DNA of 64,000 nucleotides from Escherichia coli (GTDB lineage Bacteria; Pseudomonadota; Gammaproteobacteria; Enterobacterales; Enterobacteriaceae): NCBI RefSeq assembly GCF_044324785.1, contig NZ_CP172127.1; one strand, 5' to 3'. Shown piece by piece: positions 56,348 to 64,000 of this stretch (position 1 is its first letter; each line of letters starts with the position of its first letter). The notes under the pieces were generated by a model. It saw only the letters and a program-made list of their open reading frames with translations, ran no database searches and was not told where the DNA came from. The position numbers and the translations under genes were made by a program.

Positions 56348-58830
56348 AACTCAGTCGTCGTAGCTTTATGAAAGCTAACGCCGTTGCGGCCGCTGCGGCG
56401 GCTGCCGGTCTCAGCGTGCCGGGCGTTGCCCGCGCCGTTGTTGGTCAGCAGGAAGCCATTAAATGGGATAAAGCGCCGTGCCGTTTCTGCGGTACTGGTT
56501 GCGGCGTTCTGGTCGGAACGCAGCAGGGGCGTGTGGTGGCCTGTCAGGGCGACCCGGACGCACCGGTTAACCGTGGTCTGAACTGCATTAAGGGCTATTT
56601 CCTGCCCAAGATCATGTACGGTAAAGACCGTTTGACGCAGCCGCTTCTGCGTATGAAAAACGGTAAATATGACAAAGAAGGCGAATTTACCCCAATCACC
56701 TGGGATCAGGCCTTCGATGTGATGGAAGAGAAATTCAAAACCGCCCTGAAAGAAAAAGGGCCGGAATCGATCGGTATGTTCGGTTCTGGTCAGTGGACTA
56801 TCTGGGAAGGTTATGCCGCGTCCAAGCTGTTTAAAGCGGGCTTCCGTTCGAACAACATCGACCCGAACGCGCGTCACTGTATGGCGTCGGCGGTAGTTGG
56901 CTTTATGCGTACCTTTGGTATGGATGAGCCGATGGGCTGCTATGACGACATCGAGCAGGCTGACGCGTTTGTGCTGTGGGGCGCTAACATGGCGGAAATG
57001 CACCCGATCCTCTGGTCACGCATCACTAACCGTCGTCTCTCTAACCAGAACGTCACCGTGGCGGTGCTTTCTACCTACCAGCATCGTAGCTTCGAGCTGG
57101 CGGATAACGGCATCATCTTTACGCCGCAATCTGACCTGGTGATCCTGAACTACATCGCCAACTATATCATTCAAAACAATGCGATAAATCAGGACTTCTT
57201 CAGCAAGCACGTTAACCTGCGCAAAGGGGCGACGGACATCGGCTACGGTTTACGTCCGACCCATCCGCTGGAAAAAGCAGCGAAGAATCCAGGTTCTGAC
57301 GCCTCCGAACCGATGAGCTTTGAAGATTACAAAGCCTTCGTTGCTGAGTATACGCTGGAAAAAACCGCTGAAATGACCGGCGTGCCGAAAGACCAGTTAG
57401 AACAACTGGCGCAGCTGTATGCAGATCCGAACAAGAAAGTCATCTCCTACTGGACGATGGGCTTCAACCAGCATACCCGTGGTGTATGGGCCAACAACCT
57501 GGTCTACAACCTGCACCTGCTGACCGGCAAAATTTCCCAGCCGGGTTGCGGTCCGTTCTCCCTGACCGGGCAGCCTTCCGCGTGTGGTACTGCGCGTGAA
57601 GTGGGCACCTTTGCTCACCGTCTGCCTGCGGACATGGTGGTGACTAACGAGAAACACCGTGATATTTGCGAGAAGAAGTGGAATATCCCGAGCGGCACCA
57701 TTCCGGCGAAAATCGGTCTGCACGCGGTAGCACAAGACCGTGCGCTGAAAGACGGCAAGCTGAATGTTTACTGGACCATGTGTACCAACAACATGCAGGC
57801 CGGGCCGAACATTAATGAAGAGCGTATGCCGGGCTGGCGCGATCCGCGCAACTTTATCATCGTTTCCGATCCGTATCCGACAGTCAGTGCGCTGGCCGCC
57901 GACTTGATCCTGCCGACCGCAATGTGGGTAGAGAAAGAGGGGGCTTACGGTAACGCCGAACGCCGTACTCAATTCTGGCGTCAGCAGGTACAGGCACCGG
58001 GCGAAGCGAAATCGGATCTCTGGCAGTTAGTTCAGTTCTCCCGCCGCTTCAAAACTGAAGAAGTATGGCCGGAAGAGCTGCTGGCGAAGAAACCGGAACT
58101 GCGTGGCAAAACGCTGTACGAAGTTCTGTATGCCACACCGGAAGTGAGCAAATTCCCGGTATCCGAACTGGCGGAAGATCAGCTGAACGATGAATCCCGC
58201 GAGCTGGGCTTCTATCTGCAAAAAGGGCTGTTCGAAGAGTACGCATGGTTTGGTCGCGGTCACGGTCACGATCTCGCGCCGTTCGATGACTACCACAAAG
58301 CGCGCGGTCTGCGCTGGCCGGTGGTGAACGGTAAAGAAACGCAGTGGCGTTACAGCGAAGGTAACGACCCGTACGTGAAAGCGGGCGAAGGCTATAAGTT
58401 CTACGGTAAACCGGATGGCAAAGCGGTGATCTTCGCACTGCCATTCGAACCGGCGGCGGAAGCACCGGATGAAGAGTACGACCTGTGGCTCTCTACCGGA
58501 CGCGTCCTGGAGCACTGGCACACCGGCAGTATGACTCGCCGTGTGCCGGAACTGCACCGCGCCTTCCCGGAAGCGGTCCTGTTTATTCACCCGCTGGATG
58601 CGAAAGCGCGCGATCTGCGCCGTGGCGACAAAGTGAAAGTGGTTTCTCGCCGTGGCGAAGTGATCTCGATTGTCGAAACGCGCGGTCGTAACCGTCCGCC
58701 GCAGGGCCTGGTGTACATGCCGTTCTTCGACGCCGCACAGCTGGTTAACAAACTGACGCTGGATGCGACCGATCCGCTCTCGAAAGAGACGGACTTCAAG
58801 AAGTGCGCGGTCAAACTGGAGAAGGTGTAA
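56344..58830 (+). CDS. napA: Periplasmic nitrate reductase catalytic subunit
   Basis: 828-aa ORF with twin-arginine signal ([20 protein letters not shown]) and N-terminal Fe-S Cys motif. Confidence 0.95.
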
Positions 58831-58836
58831 GCCATT

Positions 58837-59532
58837 ATGTCCCGGTCAGCGAAACCTCAAAATGGTCGCCGCCGCTTTCTGCGCGATGTCGTTCGCACAG
58901 CAGGCGGGCTGGCTGCCGTGGGTGTGGCGCTGGGGTTACAACAGCAAACCGCACGCGCATCTGGCGTGCGGTTGCGCCCGCCCGGAGCCATAAACGAGAA
59001 CGCCTTTGCCAGTGCCTGTGTGCGTTGCGGTCAGTGTGTTCAGGCTTGCCCTTACGACACCTTAAAACTGGCGACGCTGGCCTCTGGTCTGTCGGCGGGC
59101 ACGCCATATTTTGTCGCACGGGATATTCCTTGCGAAATGTGTGAGGACATTCCGTGCGCCAAAGTGTGCCCAAGCGGTGCGCTGGATCGTGAGATCGAAT
59201 CGATCGACGACGCGCGGATGGGGCTGGCGGTACTGGTGGACCAGGAAAACTGTCTCAACTTTCAGGGGCTGCGCTGCGATGTTTGTTATCGCGAATGCCC
59301 GAAAATTGATGAGGCCATCACCCTGGAGCTGGAGCGCAACACGCGTACCGGTAAGCACGCCCGCTTTCTGCCGACGGTTCACAGCGACGCCTGTACCGGT
59401 TGCGGTAAGTGCGAAAAAGTGTGCGTGCTGGAACAACCGGCAATCAAGGTGTTACCGCTGTCACTGGCGAAAGGGGAGTTAGGTCACCATTACCGCTTCG
59501 GCTGGCTGGAGGGGAACAATGGCAAATCGTAA
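58837..59532 (+). CDS. napG: Ferredoxin-type protein NapG
   Basis: 231-aa ORF with Tat-like signal and four 4Fe-4S motifs. Confidence 0.9.
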
Positions 59533-60382
59533 ACGTGACGCCGGGCGCGAGGCGCTGGAGAAAAAAGGCTGGTGGCGCAGTCACCGTTGGCTGGTGTTAC
59601 GTCGCCTTTGTCAGTTCTTCGTGCTGGGGATGTTTTTGAGCGGTCCGTGGTTTGGTGTGTGGATCTTGCACGGCAACTACAGCAGTAGCCTGTTATTCGA
59701 CACCGTTCCGCTGACCGATCCGCTGATGACGCTGCAAAGTCTTGCCAGCGGTCATCTGCCTGCCATGGTGGCGTTGACCGGTGCGGTGATTATTACCGTG
59801 CTCTACGCCCTGGCAGGAAAGCGATTATTTTGCAGCTGGGTCTGCCCGCTGAACCCAATTACCGACTTAGCAAATTGGTTACGCAGGCGCTTTGACCTCA
59901 ATCAGTCTGCGACGATCCCTCGCCACATTCGCTACGTGCTGTTGGTGGTCATTCTGCTGGGATCGGCCTTAACTGGCACGCTCATCTGGGAATGGATCAA
60001 CCCCGTTTCTCTGATGGGACGTAGCCTGGTAATGGGCTTCGGCAGCGGCGCGCTGCTTATTCTCGCGCTGTTTTTATTTGATCTACTGGTCGTTGAACAC
60101 GGCTGGTGCGGGCACATTTGTCCGGTTGGCGCGCTGTATGGCGTGCTGGGTAGCAAAGGTGTGATTACCGTTGCGGCCACCGATCGGCAGAAATGTAACC
60201 GCTGTATGGATTGTTTTCATGTTTGCCCGGAACCGCATGTGCTACGTGCCCCGGTGCTGGATGAACAAAGCCCGGTGCAGGTCACCAGCCGCGATTGCAT
60301 GACGTGCGGTCGCTGCGTGGATGTCTGTTCTGAGGATGTATTTACAATAACTACACGATGGAGTTCGGGAGCGAAATCATGA
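59519..60382 (+). CDS. napH: Membrane ferredoxin-type protein NapH
   Basis: 287-aa ORF with TM segments and C-terminal Fe-S Cys motifs. Confidence 0.9.
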
Positions 60383-60828
60383 AAAGCCATGACCTGAAGA
60401 AAGCGCTGTGTCAATGGACGGCGATGCTGGCCCTGGTGGTGAGCGGCGCGGTTTGGGCGGCAAATGGCGTCGATTTTAGCCAGTCGCCGGAAGTATCCGG
60501 GACGCAGGAAGGGGCCATTCGGATGCCAAAAGAGCAGGATCGGATGCCGCTGAACTACGTGAATCAGCCGCCAATGATCCCACATAGCGTTGAAGGTTAT
60601 CAGGTAACGACCAATACCAACCGCTGCTTGCAGTGCCACGGTGTCGAAAGTTATCGCACCACTGGCGCGCCGCGTATCAGTCCTACTCACTTTATGGACA
60701 GCGACGGCAAAGTGGGCGCGGAAGTGGCTCCGCGTCGTTATTTCTGTCTGCAATGTCACGTACCGCAGGCCGATACCGCGCCAATCGTGGGGAATACCTT
60801 TACCCCATCAAAAGGTTACGGGAAATAA
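60379..60828 (+). CDS. napB: Periplasmic nitrate reductase diheme cytochrome c subunit
   Basis: Start placed at MKSHDLKK; two CxxCH heme motifs (CLQCH, CLQCH). Confidence 0.9.
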   Translation: MKSHDLKKALCQWTAMLALVVSGAVWAANGVDFSQSPEVSGTQEGAIRMPKEQDRMPLNYVNQPPMIPHSVEGYQVTTNTNRCLQCHGVESYRTTGAPRISPTHFMDSDGKVGAEVAPRRYFCLQCHVPQADTAPIVGNTFTPSKGYGK

Positions 60829-60837
60829 GAGGTTATT

Positions 60838-61440
60838 ATGGGAAATTCTGACCGTAAGCCTGGTCTGATTAAGCGCCTGTGGAAATGGTGGCGTACCCCC
60901 AGCCGTCTGGCGCTGGGGACGCTGCTGTTAATCGGCTTTGTTGGCGGCATCGTCTTCTGGGGTGGCTTTAACACCGGGATGGAAAAAGCCAATACCGAAG
61001 AGTTCTGCATTAGCTGCCACGAAATGCGCAACACGGTGTATCAGGAATACATGGATTCCGTGCACTACAACAACCGTAGCGGCGTCCGTGCGACCTGTCC
61101 GGATTGTCACGTTCCGCACGAGTTTGTGCCGAAGATGATACGCAAGCTCAAAGCAAGTAAAGAGCTGTATGGTAAAATTTTTGGCGTTATTGACACGCCG
61201 CAGAAATTTGAAGCTCATCGCCTGACGATGGCACAGAATGAGTGGCGGCGCATGAAGGACAATAACTCGCAGGAGTGCCGTAACTGTCACAACTTCGAGT
61301 ATATGGATACAACCGCCCAGAAATCGGTTGCCGCGAAGATGCATGACCAGGCGGTGAAAGATGGGCAAACCTGTATTGATTGCCATAAAGGGATAGCGCA
61401 CAAGCTGCCCGATATGCGTGAAGTCGAGCCAGGTTTTTAA
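60838..61440 (+). CDS. napC: Membrane tetraheme cytochrome c NapC
   Basis: 200-aa ORF with N-terminal TM anchor and four CxxCH motifs. Confidence 0.9.
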   Translation: MGNSDRKPGLIKRLWKWWRTPSRLALGTLLLIGFVGGIVFWGGFNTGMEKANTEEFCISCHEMRNTVYQEYMDSVHYNNRSGVRATCPDCHVPHEFVPKMIRKLKASKELYGKIFGVIDTPQKFEAHRLTMAQNEWRRMKDNNSQECRNCHNFEYMDTTAQKSVAAKMHDQAVKDGQTCIDCHKGIAHKLPDMREVEPGF

Positions 61441-61452
61441 CAGGGTTATTGC

Positions 61453-62076
61453 GTGGGTATGCTTGAAGCCAGAGAGTTACTTTGCGAGCGGGATGAACGA
61501 ACCTTATTTAGTGGCTTGTCATTTACGCTGAACGCAGGAGAGTGGGTACAAATCACCGGTAGCAACGGCGCGGGGAAGACAACGCTTCTCCGTTTGCTGA
61601 CGGGGTTGTCTCGCCCTGATGCGGGTGACGTTCTCTGGCAAGGGCAGCCCTTGCATCAGGTACGCGACAGCTACCATCAAAACCTGTTATGGATAGGCCA
61701 TCAGCCGGGGATCAAAACCCGGCTGACGGCGTTAGAAAATCTGCACTTTTATCATCGCGATGGCGATACCGCACAATGTCTGGAAGCCCTGGCGCAGGCC
61801 GGGCTTGCCGGATTCGAAGATATTCCGGTAAATCAACTTTCTGCCGGGCAACAACGCCGCGTCGCTTTAGCGCGTCTGTGGCTGACCCGTGCCACGTTAT
61901 GGATCCTCGACGAGCCTTTTACCGCGATTGACGTCAACGGCGTCGATCGTCTGACCCAGCGTATGGCGCAGCATACGGAGCAGGGGGGGATTGTGATTCT
62001 GACTACCCACCAGCCGCTCAACGTTGCTGAAAGTAAAATTCGCCGCATTTCACTGACGCAAACGGGGGCCGCATGA
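61453..62076 (+). CDS. ccmA: Heme exporter ATP-binding protein
   Basis: 207-aa ORF with Walker [10 protein letters not shown] and ABC signature LSAGQQRR. Confidence 0.9.
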   Translation: MGMLEARELLCERDERTLFSGLSFTLNAGEWVQITGSNGAGKTTLLRLLTGLSRPDAGDVLWQGQPLHQVRDSYHQNLLWIGHQPGIKTRLTALENLHFYHRDGDTAQCLEALAQAGLAGFEDIPVNQLSAGQQRRVALARLWLTRATLWILDEPFTAIDVNGVDRLTQRMAQHTEQGGIVILTTHQPLNVAESKIRRISLTQTGAA

Positions 62077-62735
62077 TGTTCTGGCGCATTTTCCGTCTTG
62101 AGCTGCGCGTAGCGTTTCGCCATAGCGCCGAAATCGCCAACCCGCTGTGGTTCTTCCTGATTGTAATTACCCTTTTTCCGCTCAGTATCGGTCCGGAGCC
62201 GCAACTGCTGGCGCGTATTGCACCGGGCGTTATCTGGGTTGCCGCACTGCTTTCATCCTTGCTGGCACTGGAGCGTCTGTTCCGTGACGATTTGCAGGAC
62301 GGCAGTCTTGAACAATTGATGTTGTTGCCGTTACCCTTGCCCGCCGTTGTGCTGGCGAAGGTGATGGCGCACTGGATGGTAACCGGTCTGCCGTTACTCA
62401 TCCTTTCGCCCCTGGTAGCAATGCTACTGGGAATGGATGTTTATGGCTGGCAAGTGATGGCGCTGACGCTGCTGCTGGGAACCCCTACGCTTGGCTTTCT
62501 CGGTGCACCGGGCGTGGCGCTGACAGTGGGACTTAAGCGCGGTGGTGTGCTGCTCAGCATTCTCGTATTACCGCTGACTATCCCATTACTCATCTTTGCC
62601 ACCGCCGCGATGGACGCGGCTTCTATGCATTTGCCCGTTGATGGGTATCTGGCAATTTTAGGCGCGTTGCTGGCAGGCACCGCGACATTAAGTCCTTTTG
62701 CGACGGCGGCAGCGTTACGAATCAGCATTCAATAA
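62073..62735 (+). CDS. ccmB: Heme exporter membrane protein
   Basis: 220-aa hydrophobic ORF overlapping ccmA stop. Confidence 0.9.
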   Translation: MMFWRIFRLELRVAFRHSAEIANPLWFFLIVITLFPLSIGPEPQLLARIAPGVIWVAALLSSLLALERLFRDDLQDGSLEQLMLLPLPLPAVVLAKVMAHWMVTGLPLLILSPLVAMLLGMDVYGWQVMALTLLLGTPTLGFLGAPGVALTVGLKRGGVLLSILVLPLTIPLLIFATAAMDAASMHLPVDGYLAILGALLAGTATLSPFATAAALRISIQ

Positions 62736-62776
62736 CGCTGGATTACTGATTTTTGTTCGAGTCTGGTATCGAAACT

Positions 62777-63514
62777 ATGTGGAAAACACTGCATCAACTG
62801 GCGATCCCACCACGGCTGTATCAAATCTGTGGCTGGTTTATACCGTGGCTGGCAATTGCCAGTGTGGTCGTGCTTACCGTCGGCTGGATCTGGGGATTCG
62901 GCTTTGCTCCGGCTGATTATCAGCAGGGAAATAGCTACCGCATTATCTACCTGCATGTGCCTGCGGCGATCTGGTCGATGGGCATTTATGCATCAATGGC
63001 GGTGGCGGCTTTTATTGGCCTTGTCTGGCAGATGAAAATGGCCAACCTGGCGGTGGCGGCGATGGCCCCCATTGGTGCCGTGTTTACCTTTATTGCCCTG
63101 GTTACCGGCTCTGCATGGGGAAAACCGATGTGGGGCACCTGGTGGGTATGGGATGCACGTCTGACTTCTGAACTGGTACTGCTGTTTTTGTATGTGGGTG
63201 TGATTGCCCTGTGGCACGCCTTCGACGACCGCCGTCTGGCGGGCCGTGCGGCAGGTATCCTGGTGCTGATTGGCGTGGTGAATCTGCCGATTATTCATTA
63301 CTCCGTGGAGTGGTGGAACACCCTGCATCAGGGATCAACGCGGATGCAGCAAAGTATCGATCCGGCGATGCGTTCGCCGCTGCGCTGGTCGATTTTTGGC
63401 TTCCTGCTGCTGTCTGCCACGCTGACGCTGATGCGGATGCGTAATTTGATTTTGCTGATGGAAAAACGCCGTCCGTGGGTGAGTGAACTGATACTGAAAA
63501 GAGGCCGTAAATGA
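62777..63514 (+). CDS. ccmC: Heme exporter / heme lyase protein CcmC
   Basis: Start placed at MWKTLHQ giving 245 aa; W-rich motif WGxxWxWD present. Confidence 0.9.
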   Translation: MWKTLHQLAIPPRLYQICGWFIPWLAIASVVVLTVGWIWGFGFAPADYQQGNSYRIIYLHVPAAIWSMGIYASMAVAAFIGLVWQMKMANLAVAAMAPIGAVFTFIALVTGSAWGKPMWGTWWVWDARLTSELVLLFLYVGVIALWHAFDDRRLAGRAAGILVLIGVVNLPIIHYSVEWWNTLHQGSTRMQQSIDPAMRSPLRWSIFGFLLLSATLTLMRMRNLILLMEKRRPWVSELILKRGRK

Positions 63515-63720
63515 CCCCTGCATTTGCTTCCTGGAATGAATTTTTCGCAATGGGCGGTTACGCCTTTTTTGTCTGGCTGGCGGTGGTGATGACCGTTATT
63601 CCGCTGGTGGTTTTGGTCGTGCACTCGGTGATGCAGCATCGCGCAATTCTGCGTGGCGTGGCGCAACAGCGGGCGCGTGAGGCGCGTTTACGTGCTGCGC
63701 AACAGCAGGAGGCTGCATGA
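63511..63720 (+). CDS. ccmD: Heme exporter small protein CcmD
   Basis: 69-aa single-TM ORF overlapping ccmC stop. Confidence 0.85.
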
Positions 63721-64000
63721 ATATTCGCCGTAAAAACCGCTTGTGGATTGCCTGTGCCGTTTTGGCGGGGCTGGCGCTGACTATCGGTCTGGTGCTATAT
63801 GCGCTGCGCTCGAATATCGATCTCTTTTATACGCCGGGGGAAATTCTCTACGGCAAGCGTGAGACTCAGCAGATGCCGGAAGTCGGTCAGCGTCTGCGCG
63901 TTGGCGGGATGGTGATGCCGGGTAGTGTGCAGCGCGATCCCAATTCGCTAAAAGTAACTTTCACCATTTACGACGCTGAAGGTTCAGTAGATGTCTCTTA
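63717..64000 (+). CDS. ccmE: Cytochrome c-type biogenesis heme chaperone CcmE (N-terminal part; runs off the window)
   Basis: ATG at 63717 overlapping the ccmD stop; translation [44 protein letters not shown]; truncated by the window end. Confidence 0.85.

Overview
This window reads as a contiguous stretch of Escherichia coli chromosome (or a very close relative), in reverse orientation to the K-12 map: yfaY, rhmRDTA, rpnE/ypaA, glpCBA/glpTQ, a LysR regulator plus MFS transporter, inaA, yfaE-nrdBA, yfaL, ubiG, gyrA, the yfaATSQP alpha-2-macroglobulin operon, rcsC, an IS3-family insertion sequence, rcsB-rcsD, micF, ompC, apbE, ada-alkB, yojI, mqo, eco, napFDAGHBC and ccmABCD(E, partial). Almost everything is core genome and gene identities come from recognising the translated ORFs; coordinates of starts were adjusted by eye where the ORF track begins upstream of the likely start. 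I did not find a clearly novel system. The points most worth a second look are: a 1432-bp IS3-family element (IS1397-like) inserted into a REP palindrome between rcsC and rcsB; a gyrA codon-83 TTG (Ser83Leu) quinolone-resistance allele; an intact five-gene yfaA-yfaT-yfaS-yfaQ-yfaP operon whose function is poorly defined; the rpnE nuclease gene with its small paralog ypaA; the absence of the ato operon between yfaP and rcsC; and an intact LysR/MFS pair where K-12 has only a pseudogene remnant. No rRNA, tRNA, CRISPR array or prophage was seen. Comparisons to K-12 are from memory and no database search was run.
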